A stretch of DNA of 64,000 nucleotides from an uncultured virus (IMG/VR IMGVR_UViG_3300048591_001609) (Duplodnaviria > Heunggongvirae > Uroviricota > Caudoviricetes): IMG/VR virus record IMGVR_UViG_3300048591_001609. One strand, given 5' to 3'. Below the pieces are notes generated by a model. It was given only the letters and a program-made list of their open reading frames with translations. It was not told the origin of the DNA and made no database searches. Each line of letters opens with the position of its first letter. Position 1 is the first letter of the stretch. This document shows positions 9,135-17,491 of the stretch, piece by piece. Made by a program: the position numbers and the translations under genes.

Positions 9135-11266
9135 GCGGACTCGCGAGCCTTTCGCTGAAAACGGATTATCGAAAGGGGCGGGACGATATTGCACAGGAAT
9201 TCTACCTGCCCTGCATGCGCGTCGCGAGCCGCTATGACCGGGCCGTCGGCTTCTTCAACAGTGCAATCTATGTGATCGCGTGGCCGAGTCTGAAGGATTT
9301 CGTAGCCCACAAAGCACGGATGCGCCTCATCTGCTCTCCCGTGCTGCCGCCAAGCGATATCGACGCCCTCGAGACGGGCTACTCCACTCGTTTTGAAGAA
9401 GACAACGGCAACAGACTGCGTGATGATATCCGCGAGATGCTTGCCGCACCTTATCTCTTCAAACCTACAATCGTCCTGGCGACGCTTGTCGCCCTCGAAA
9501 TCGTGGACGTACGCATCGCGTTCATGAAAAAGACTCCGCGCCACGAGCGTCTATTTCATGACAAGCTCGGGCTCTTCCACGACGACTTTGGCAATACTGC
9601 GGCGTTCAAGGGTTCCATGAATGAGACATGGGCCGGCCTCTCCGCAGACGGTAATCTGGAGTCTATAGATGTCTTTCTCTCCTGGGAACATGCCCGCGAG
9701 TCTAGGCGAGTCAAAGAACACGAAACCTATTTCGATGCGCTATGGGAAAACCAGTGCGAGCATGAGGGAGTCACCGTAAAGAGATTCCCCGAGATTGCGC
9801 GCTCTGAATTGGTTAGCGCCGCGGATGCCAAGCGATGGCCGGAACTCGTGGATGAGATCTGCCGGGAGATCGAGGCAGCGGAACGGTTCGAGGCCCGCCA
9901 CACACCAGCAGCAAAAACGCTCCGCCCTCATCAAAGTGCGGCTCTTGAGACCTGGGAAAAGCAGGGACGCCGCGGAATTTTGGAGCATGCTACTGGCAGC
10001 GGCAAGACCTTCACCGCGATTTGCGCGATGCGTAACGCCTTTGCACGCCGCGAGGTGCCGGTCGTGCTTGTGCCGAGCGAATTGCTACTCGATCAATGGT
10101 ATCGGGAGCTAGTGGAAAACCTCCAGGACGCGAAGCCACAGATTTTGAGATGTGGTGCAGGACACACCAAGTGGCGAGATGACGGGCTCATCGGACCCTG
10201 GACACGCGACGGTTCTGAAACTTGCCGCCTTGTTCTCTCGACAATGCAAACGGCAGCTATGGCCGAGTTTCGTAGTGCCATACGGCAAGGGAGCCATCTC
10301 TTCATGGTGGCCGATGAGGTACATCGCGTTGGAAGCTCGAACCATTTGCATCTACTCTCCCTCGACACCGGTCCGCGACTCGGACTCAGCGCCACACCGA
10401 GGCGTGCCGGAGACCCATTCGGCACCGCCCGGATCCTGGATTATTTTCAGGGAATCGTACCGCCGCCCTTTACTTTGCGAGATGCCATCAATTCGGGAGC
10501 ATTAACTCCGTATTTTTACCACGTCCATACTGTGACGCTGTCTGCCAATGAACAAGACCGGTGGGATCAACTCACCAAGCGTATCATCCGGCTTTCGGCA
10601 CAGAATGCGTCCGCAAAACAACCTGACCCAAACGCGGACTTCCAGATCAAGAAGTTGCTCATAGAACGCGGGAGGTTGCTCAAGCAGGCCGAGGGCAAAG
10701 CGGCGATTGCTTCGGACCTTCTCACCGCGAGTTACCGGCGAGGAGAGCGATGGATAGCTTACTGCGACGACTTGGCGCAACTTGCTGCTCTGCAGTTGGA
10801 TCTCGACCGGAGGGGTTTGACGAGCACTCAGTATCACACAGCGATGACGGGAGACAAGGAACAAACCTTACGGCTGTTTGACGCAAACGGAGGCATAGTC
10901 CTCTCGATCCGCTGTCTCGACGAAGGCGTAGATATCCCCTCGGTGACCCACGCCCTCATTCTCGCTTCGTCAAAGAACCCCAGGGAGTACATCCAGCGTC
11001 GTGGCCGGGTGCTTCGCCGAGCCGAAGGCAAGAGCGCAGCCCATATCCATGACGTCCTCGTGCTTCCGAGGGCGTCCGCCGAGTTGGCCGACGGGCATGA
11101 AGATCCGCGCTTGAATATACTCGGAGGGGAGATTCTGCGTTCACTGGAATTCGGCAAGTCCGCGCTGAATCCCTCAGCGATCACAGATCTTGAGCGCATC
11201 GCCTTGCAGTTTTCTAATGACTATAAAGCCCTACTGGGAGCAGGCTACGAGGACGAAGACCAATGA
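9131..11266 (+). CDS. PLD-nuclease + SF2 (XPB/ResIII-like) helicase fusion
   Basis: HDKLGLFHD...GSMNET PLD-type motif; Walker A HATGSGKT, ADEVH, LSATP, LDEGVDIP, YIQRRGRVLR. Confidence 0.9.
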   Translation: MSGLASLSLKTDYRKGRDDIAQEFYLPCMRVASRYDRAVGFFNSAIYVIAWPSLKDFVAHKARMRLICSPVLPPSDIDALETGYSTRFEEDNGNRLRDDIREMLAAPYLFKPTIVLATLVALEIVDVRIAFMKKTPRHERLFHDKLGLFHDDFGNTAAFKGSMNETWAGLSADGNLESIDVFLSWEHARESRRVKEHETYFDALWENQCEHEGVTVKRFPEIARSELVSAADAKRWPELVDEICREIEAAERFEARHTPAAKTLRPHQSAALETWEKQGRRGILEHATGSGKTFTAICAMRNAFARREVPVVLVPSELLLDQWYRELVENLQDAKPQILRCGAGHTKWRDDGLIGPWTRDGSETCRLVLSTMQTAAMAEFRSAIRQGSHLFMVADEVHRVGSSNHLHLLSLDTGPRLGLSATPRRAGDPFGTARILDYFQGIVPPPFTLRDAINSGALTPYFYHVHTVTLSANEQDRWDQLTKRIIRLSAQNASAKQPDPNADFQIKKLLIERGRLLKQAEGKAAIASDLLTASYRRGERWIAYCDDLAQLAALQLDLDRRGLTSTQYHTAMTGDKEQTLRLFDANGGIVLSIRCLDEGVDIPSVTHALILASSKNPREYIQRRGRVLRRAEGKSAAHIHDVLVLPRASAELADGHEDPRLNILGGEILRSLEFGKSALNPSAITDLERIALQFSNDYKALLGAGYEDEDQ

Positions 11267-11454
11267 CGCCGGAACAAGAACTTTTGGACACCATCGAGGA
11301 AATCCGGAAGAGAAACTTCCCGGAGGTTTCTGCCGATCTGGTGAAGCAACTCATATCCATAGAAATGGACTTTACCGATAACCGGCAGGAAGCCAACAAG
11401 CGCGTCGCACAGGCCATTGATGCGCACCTCGAAGCTAAGAAGGTGGAAGGCTAA
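11263..11454 (+). CDS. Small helical protein upstream of DndD-like ATPase
   Basis: 63-aa ORF with ATGA overlap to helicase and 3-bp gap to ATPase. Confidence 0.75.
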   Translation: MTPEQELLDTIEEIRKRNFPEVSADLVKQLISIEMDFTDNRQEANKRVAQAIDAHLEAKKVEG

Positions 11455-11457
11455 ACT

Positions 11458-13437
11458 GTGCTCGCGATACGAAGCATCTCTCTAACCGATTTCGGCCCGT
11501 TCAAGGATGAACAGCGCATCGACTTTCCAGCCGATGGCGGTGTCTCTATTATTTATGGCGAGAACATGCGCGGCAAGACCACGTTACTCAACGCCATTCG
11601 CTACGCCCTATTCGGCAGGGTTCTCACGCGTGGTGCCGCGCAAGTCGCGCTCCACCAGATCGGCAATTGGGAGACGGCCGCGGAGAAAGGCAAGTTTGGG
11701 TTTAAAGTTGTCCTCGAATTCGAGCACGAGGGCTCGAAGTACGAGCTGACCCGCGAGCATCGCCCGCGTTCCGGTGTTTCGAAGCCTGAAACTGACATGG
11801 ATTACCAGCAGGACTGTTTCCTCCGGAAAGACGGCAACGTCCTAAGTCCTGATCAGCGAGACTCAGAGATCGCACGCATCATGCCAGAAACGGTTTCCCG
11901 TTTCTTCCTATTTGACGGCGAACTCCTTCAACAGTACGAAGAGTTGCTTCGCAACGAGAGCGAGATGGGCCGCAGCATCAAAGAGGCTATTGAGCGCATC
12001 CTCGGCGTTCCGGTACTTACCAACGGCCGTACCGATCTCGGCGAGATCTTCAAGGAAGCACAGAAACGTGAGTCCAAGGCCGCCCAAAGGAACCAGAAAA
12101 CCCAGTCTCTTGGTAACCAGCACGAGGCACTACTCAAGCAGCGCGACGGTATGCAGGACGAGACTGATCGGCTCAGGAAGCAGCTTGACATCCTGCGGAC
12201 CGGAAAGGCCTCTAAAGAAGATTTGCTGCGCAAGACGGAGAAGACCAAGGCACTTCTCGACGACCGCAATCGCCTGCAAGACGAGATTGCCTCGGCTGAG
12301 GCCAAACTCAAAGAAAAGGAAGATAGGCGGAAGGAATTTTTGACGGTCGCTTGGAAAGGACTCTTGAGCCGCCGGATTCGGGCCACCCGCGAAACCTTGG
12401 AAAAAGACCTGGAGGACACGCGCCGCACATACGAGCGGGCTGTCATTTCGACAAATCTGGCTGAAAAGCTCCACAAAGCCCTTGGTGATGGACAATGTTC
12501 AACCTGTGGACAGGACCTGTCTGAGGGAGCTCGGAACCGTCTTTCGGCGCTTGTGGCCGAAGCCCTCCCCAATGAGGAGCGCACCAACCTTGAGGTACGC
12601 ATCCAGCAACTCGAGTCCCGCATCGTCGCCCTAAGGCAAAGCGAGGCGCAGAACAACGCTGATGTCCTGCGCGAGATCCAGAATTCGATTGATGATCTGA
12701 AGATCAAGAAGGCGACCGATGAGGACCGGCTTTCTGAAATTCGGGAGCAGACCAAGGATCTGGACGAGACCGAAGTGCGCAGGCTCTATTCGGATTACGA
12801 GAAAACGCTGACCGATATAGGGATCACGCAGGAGGGCATCAAGAAACAGGAGGAAGCGCTCAAGAACATCAAAGATCGGATCGAAAGGGTCGAGGCAGAA
12901 ATTGCGAAGTATGCTGACGCGGATCTCGATACCGAAAGGGCACGCAAGGAACTGTGCGAAAAGCTGCAGGCACTATTCGGCGCGGCGGTCGATGCGTATC
13001 GTGAACGCCTGCGAACCAAGGTGGAAAAAGACGCCACAGCACTGTTCTTGAACCTGACGAGCGAGCCGGAATATAGAGCGCTCAGCATCAATGATAGTTA
13101 CGGCCTGACGATTGTGCACCAGGATGGCACGGCCATCCCGGTGCGCTCAGCCGGTGCCGAGCATATCGTTGCACTGTCTCTTATGGGTGCTCTTCAACGC
13201 AATGCCCCGCTGCGCGGGCCCATCGTTATGGATTCTCCGTTCGGTCGTCTCGATCATGTGCATACCACCAAGGTTGTGCAGGCACTTCCGAGCATGGCCG
13301 ATCAGGTGATGCTATTAGTGTACGAATCAGAGCTTGATCCGAAGCAGGCAAGGAATGAACTGCAGGGCAAACTCCGCAAGGAGTACCGAATTGCGCGACG
13401 CACAGCTAAGCATTCGACGCTGGACACTGTGGCGTAG
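11458..13437 (+). CDS. DndD/Rad50-like coiled-coil ABC ATPase with CxxC zinc hook
   Basis: Walker A GENMRGKTT, FFLFDGE, CSTCGQ hook in mid coiled coil, signature RSAGAEH, Walker B VMDSPFGRLD (DndD-type DxPxGRLD). Confidence 0.9.
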   Translation: MLAIRSISLTDFGPFKDEQRIDFPADGGVSIIYGENMRGKTTLLNAIRYALFGRVLTRGAAQVALHQIGNWETAAEKGKFGFKVVLEFEHEGSKYELTREHRPRSGVSKPETDMDYQQDCFLRKDGNVLSPDQRDSEIARIMPETVSRFFLFDGELLQQYEELLRNESEMGRSIKEAIERILGVPVLTNGRTDLGEIFKEAQKRESKAAQRNQKTQSLGNQHEALLKQRDGMQDETDRLRKQLDILRTGKASKEDLLRKTEKTKALLDDRNRLQDEIASAEAKLKEKEDRRKEFLTVAWKGLLSRRIRATRETLEKDLEDTRRTYERAVISTNLAEKLHKALGDGQCSTCGQDLSEGARNRLSALVAEALPNEERTNLEVRIQQLESRIVALRQSEAQNNADVLREIQNSIDDLKIKKATDEDRLSEIREQTKDLDETEVRRLYSDYEKTLTDIGITQEGIKKQEEALKNIKDRIERVEAEIAKYADADLDTERARKELCEKLQALFGAAVDAYRERLRTKVEKDATALFLNLTSEPEYRALSINDSYGLTIVHQDGTAIPVRSAGAEHIVALSLMGALQRNAPLRGPIVMDSPFGRLDHVHTTKVVQALPSMADQVMLLVYESELDPKQARNELQGKLRKEYRIARRTAKHSTLDTVA

Positions 13438-13447
13438 GAAAAGGGTT

Positions 13448-13828
13448 ATGGCTGAAGACAAGAAAACTATAGGGCTCACGAGCGCAAATAAGGCCATCAT
13501 GGATCAGGTAGTCGAGAAGGCGGGGTTCAAGCTCGACATGGATGCTGCCAAGTTTGCTTTCGCGTTCGCGGTCCATCGCGGCTGCGAGCCAGGTCTGGTC
13601 GAAGGAGCAGGAACCATTTGGAACGTCGGCACCTTCGATGAAGGGGGCGATCTCAAAGCCCTTATCCAGAATCTCTTTTCAAACACAGAAGCTCCGTACC
13701 GCGCACTGGAATCGCTTGTAAATACTGGTCTTTCTATGCTTGCTGCCGAAATGAAGGCAAACCCCGCTCTGCGCATTGAGGACTTTCTCATGGAGGAATT
13801 GACTCTTGGGACGGATAGCTCCTCATGA
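13448..13828 (+). CDS. Small DndE-like hypothetical protein
   Basis: 126-aa ORF 10 bp after ATPase, occupying the dndE position; N-terminal beta-helix-helix pattern (TIGLTSANKAIMDQVVEKAGF..DAAKFAFAFAV). Confidence 0.65.
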   Translation: MAEDKKTIGLTSANKAIMDQVVEKAGFKLDMDAAKFAFAFAVHRGCEPGLVEGAGTIWNVGTFDEGGDLKALIQNLFSNTEAPYRALESLVNTGLSMLAAEMKANPALRIEDFLMEELTLGTDSSS

Positions 13829-13878
13829 GATCTATGAGCGCACGAGGTTGTTCGACGCTCTCGTGATACATATGCGAT

Positions 13879-14448
13879 ATGGCCGGACGATCTGGAAACA
13901 AAGACCTTTTCGGTAAGCCCGTGCGGCAGCCTCGCCTCCCCTACGAGGCTGCACTCGCACGTGCCGATTCTAAGACTAGAAGCGAGCGCGCCGCCCGCGT
14001 GCGTTGGCTATCGTCGGTAATTCCACAAGACAGTATGTTCGGTCTGCCGTTGGAGACTTCCCTCATTTTCGAAGAAGCGAAGTCGTCGTTCGTATACGGG
14101 AACTATGTAGCGGCTATCGTACTAGCCTCCGCATTCGTCGAACACTGGTTTTCAGCCAACCTAGATTCGTTGGGATATCACACGGAAGCCTCAAAAGGGC
14201 TGGCAGCGGCGATACGCTGTGCCCGCGCAAATGCACTTGTCGATCCGTTCATTCTGGAAAAGGCCGATCGCCTTAGGATGATACGCAATCCATTTATGCA
14301 TTTAAAGTCTATCGATCACGAACATATCATTAGCCAAAGGATGGCAAAAGCTCGACAGTTTCAAGTTTGGCGACTTCTGGAGACTGACGCGAAAGAAGCG
14401 TTGGAGGCAATGTACGGAGTCGCCACGTATGCATTTAGACATCGTTGA
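13879..14448 (+). CDS. HEPN-domain protein (DUF4145-like putative RNase)
   Basis: EEAKSSFVYGNYVAAIVLASAFVEH helix and RxxxxH motif RNPFMH. Confidence 0.7.
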   Translation: MAGRSGNKDLFGKPVRQPRLPYEAALARADSKTRSERAARVRWLSSVIPQDSMFGLPLETSLIFEEAKSSFVYGNYVAAIVLASAFVEHWFSANLDSLGYHTEASKGLAAAIRCARANALVDPFILEKADRLRMIRNPFMHLKSIDHEHIISQRMAKARQFQVWRLLETDAKEALEAMYGVATYAFRHR

Positions 14449-14628
14449 TCAGAACCGCTTCGGGGACTGATAATCTATTCTTCCACTATTTCTTCCATGA
14501 TAACTGTCTTAACACTCACATCTGTCGCTCTCTATCCATAAGCGAGAAAGCATCCGCGTGGTCATGAAGAATTCCTTGATACTCAGTTCGTGTGGCATTT
14601 TGCTGCAACAAGCACATACAACGAGCCA

Positions 14629-15396
14629 CTAACGCCCATGCCGCGTCAGAATTAGGCATGCTTCGTCGAGCTTCTCGAAAATGCGGGTCATCGCGTACTT
14701 AAACTGCACAAGATCAACCCAATACTCGGCATATCTCAAGGTTCCCGCTTGGTCATCGGCGTACCGAAATGCTGTGCCGTAGGGGTCGATCTTGTCGAAT
14801 TCAAGGATCCAATCCCGTACCGGCGGCCCGATCTTCCGGCCATGGCGCAGTTCGACATGCTGAATGCACTTCTCCAGCGAATGCGTGAGATCCTGAACGT
14901 CTCCGATGATCTTCAGGTACAGTTCCAGCGCGTGGCGGTACGCGAAAAGTACCGGATTTCCCCAGTCTCGGGGCTCGCCGCTCTTGAGGGCTAAATCGAG
15001 GAGAGTATCGGCGCTCTGCTTGTAGCTGCGTGCGAGTTCCAGGAATTGGTCCGTGCCGCCGCCATTAAGAAAAATGCCGTGCCGCCATGTCTCGTCAAGA
15101 TCCTCGGGGGGGTCCTGCAGGAGCGGCGTGTGCGAATAGAGCATCTCGCGGTACTGCTCGTTGTGGTAATGATCTTCGCAATTCAATCCGGCTTCGATGT
15201 TCTCGAAGTCGGGTGTTTCTTCCCAGTGCATGCAAACATGCATGAGAGCCAGTACATCTGAATCCGTGAAGACTCGTTGACGGCCTTTCGGCGGATTGGC
15301 TTGACCGCTGAGATGCTCCCTGAATCGGATGGCCCAAGCCTTTACCCGCTGGACGTTCACGCCGAGAATATTGGCTACCTGAGAGACAGTTCGCAT
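14629..15396 (-). CDS. MerR-like HTH fused to HEPN-like domain
   Basis: N-terminal TVSQVANILGVNVQRVKAW...RQRVFTDSD (MerR-type HTH); C-terminal LFAYRHALELYLK..THSL..AFRY HEPN-like pattern. Confidence 0.7.
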   Translation of the reverse strand: MRTVSQVANILGVNVQRVKAWAIRFREHLSGQANPPKGRQRVFTDSDVLALMHVCMHWEETPDFENIEAGLNCEDHYHNEQYREMLYSHTPLLQDPPEDLDETWRHGIFLNGGGTDQFLELARSYKQSADTLLDLALKSGEPRDWGNPVLFAYRHALELYLKIIGDVQDLTHSLEKCIQHVELRHGRKIGPPVRDWILEFDKIDPYGTAFRYADDQAGTLRYAEYWVDLVQFKYAMTRIFEKLDEACLILTRHGR

Positions 15397-15717
15397 CGTT
15401 GGCCCCTCGTAATCGCAGTTCTCAAATTACTCCAGGTGGCGAGATCGGGCGCCCCGCGGAAGGCCGCAACCTCGTCAATTGAGATGCGACTTCGCTTTTC
15501 TCTTCTCACGCGCCGTCCTCGCCGTGCTTGTATTTGATTGTTTGTTCCGGCGATAGTGCGACGCCTCTCTCAGGAAGCCGACCCGAAACCATGAACTTAG
15601 TAGTCCACCCGCACCGGGCAGGACTGGAAATACCCGAGAGACGGTACTCGGTGGGTTTCTCAAAGTGTCATCCCGGTCAACCCGAACGTGTTCGGTCTAG
15701 TAAAATCGGCGCCGGCA

Positions 15718-16089
15718 TCATTTCCTGAACGCGTCGCCCTGTTGCGCACGTGCTCGGACGGTAGCGACGATGTGGTCGATGATGCGGTCTGAGGTTTTCC
15801 ACTTCATCACCAGCTTTGACCGGTCCATACCATACTGGGCCACAATGTTCTTGAGGCTCTCTACATCGAGCTGATGCAGCTTGTACAAAAGAGATTCCTC
15901 GCCCAATGCGTATTCGGCATACGGGTCTAGTGGTGCGGGCGCGCGGCGGCTCTTCTTTGCAATTGGTGGCCTGGAAGGACCCTCAGTGGCTCCGATCACC
16001 TCTTCGATTCGTAGTGCTAACGATGAGTTATTCTTAACCTCGTCCAGAATCACCGCGAATACGCGTTGCAGTCGTTGTTCAAGTTTCAT
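15718..16089 (-). CDS. Hypothetical protein coupled to ParA-like gene
   Basis: 123-aa ORF with ATGA overlap to ParA stop; C-terminal helix-extension-helix-like segment LDVESLKNIVAQYGMD..KWKTSDRIIDHIV. Confidence 0.75.
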   Translation of the reverse strand: MKLEQRLQRVFAVILDEVKNNSSLALRIEEVIGATEGPSRPPIAKKSRRAPAPLDPYAEYALGEESLLYKLHQLDVESLKNIVAQYGMDRSKLVMKWKTSDRIIDHIVATVRARAQQGDAFRK

Positions 16090-17117
16090 GCTTCTACCCT
16101 CTTCTTGAACTCCGACGCCAATGCGCGGTACGCATCAAATTGTCCCGTATATCCATACTTCTGGCGCAAAGTGCCAATCGGAGTGTGTTCCGCTGCTTCC
16201 GCGATGTGTCCACTCTCCGGCACAACTGCATCGAAGACGGGCGCATCCTTCGCCTGCTTTCGCAGCCGACGGGTCGTGTTGTCGTGTAGTTTGACTCGTG
16301 AGTTGTACTTCGAGATCACGATGCCAACGGGCTCGATCTCCTCGCCGATACTGGTCGCAAAATCTTTCACTCTGGTTACAATCTGCGGAATGCCATACGT
16401 GGACAGGATGTCCGGAATCGCCGGGATTATGTAACCGTCCGAGATGCGTAACCCATTCAATGTAATGATCCCAAGGTTCGGAGGGCAGTCAATAAGAACG
16501 TAGTCGTACTCGTCGATGACGGATCGTGTAGCCTTCCGCAGCAGATCAACGGGGTTGTTGGCGTAGAAGCGACCGGAGGGCATTGAGGCTAATCGATCCT
16601 GAACGTCGATGAGATCCAGGCTCGACGGTAAAAGGTCGACGGACCGGACATCCCTAACGTTGGACACGTTCCGTTGAAGGGTCTTCTGGACGTCGAACTG
16701 CTGCTCACCTTCGATCGCATCCTGGAACAGGCGAGCCAATGTCAGCCCGTTCGAATTAAGGAGCTTCCACTTGTCCTCTCCGATAAGCATGACCGTCGCG
16801 TTGGTTTGAGGGTCAAGATCAATCACAAGAACCTTGTGGCGAAATTCACCCGATAGCATTTCCGCCAAAGCCACCGTGGTGGTCGTCTTCCCGACGCCAC
16901 CTTTTAAATTGATAGTCGCGATAACGTTAGCCACTTGTCGTTTTCTCCTTTTGAGCCATGCCCGAACCTCCTGCCGCCGGAACACTGGTCCGGACTTTAG
17001 GTCTGCGATTGGTTGCGGAAAGTCTGGACTCCGTTTGCGCCAATTGACGACGGCGGAGGGCCCTACGCCGGCGATCTCGGCAATCTCGAAGATTCCGATC
17101 AGGTCCTGATCTTCCAT
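16086..17117 (-). CDS. ParA/Soj-family ATPase with N-terminal HTH
   Basis: Deviant Walker A NLKGGVGKTT, IDLDPQTNAT, LIDCPPNL; N-terminal EIAEIAGVGPSAVVNWRKRSPDFP HTH; alternative GTG start at 17135. Confidence 0.9.
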   Translation of the reverse strand: MEDQDLIGIFEIAEIAGVGPSAVVNWRKRSPDFPQPIADLKSGPVFRRQEVRAWLKRRKRQVANVIATINLKGGVGKTTTTVALAEMLSGEFRHKVLVIDLDPQTNATVMLIGEDKWKLLNSNGLTLARLFQDAIEGEQQFDVQKTLQRNVSNVRDVRSVDLLPSSLDLIDVQDRLASMPSGRFYANNPVDLLRKATRSVIDEYDYVLIDCPPNLGIITLNGLRISDGYIIPAIPDILSTYGIPQIVTRVKDFATSIGEEIEPVGIVISKYNSRVKLHDNTTRRLRKQAKDAPVFDAVVPESGHIAEAAEHTPIGTLRQKYGYTGQFDAYRALASEFKKRVEA

Positions 17118-17119
17118 GG

Positions 17120-17169
17120 TGTGAACGTCGTTCACAGATAAGTGTGAACGAACTTCACAAGGCTGTCAA
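17120..17169 (-). promoter_or_regulatory. Sigma70-type promoter (TTGACA-17-CACACT) overlapped by twin palindromic operators TGTGAA-N5-TTCACA
   Basis: TGTGAACGTCGTTCACA 17120-17136 and TGTGAACGAACTTCACA 17143-17159; minus-strand TTGACA 17169-17164 and CACACT 17146-17141. Confidence 0.75.
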
Positions 17170-17491
17170 CACCAAAGGTCTGCCGAAACCCCTGCACGTT
17201 TGGATTTCATTTAAATTGATCATGCCTTCTTGCTCAACCTCAGCGGTGGACGCTCGGCCGGCACTTCGGGCTATGCGCAGGGATTCTCAGGCGCCTAGCC
17301 TGACCCCAACACCAAATCTGGTCGACAACTTAATCTCCGGTTACTCATTCGGAGATCCACTCCAAAAGGAGAAAGTTCGCCCCCTCTTCGCCGTGCTACT
17401 CTGTGAGGTTGTACTCCAGGCAATCCTGCGACGCCGCTCGCCGGAGACCGACCTGCCGTAACAGACCCGATACTCCACGAGGTAACGATAG

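Noticed and set aside
11458..13828. Canonical Dnd phosphorothioation system
   Set aside because: No DndC (PAPS reductase-like), DndA or DndB gene in the window; only DndD/E-like components
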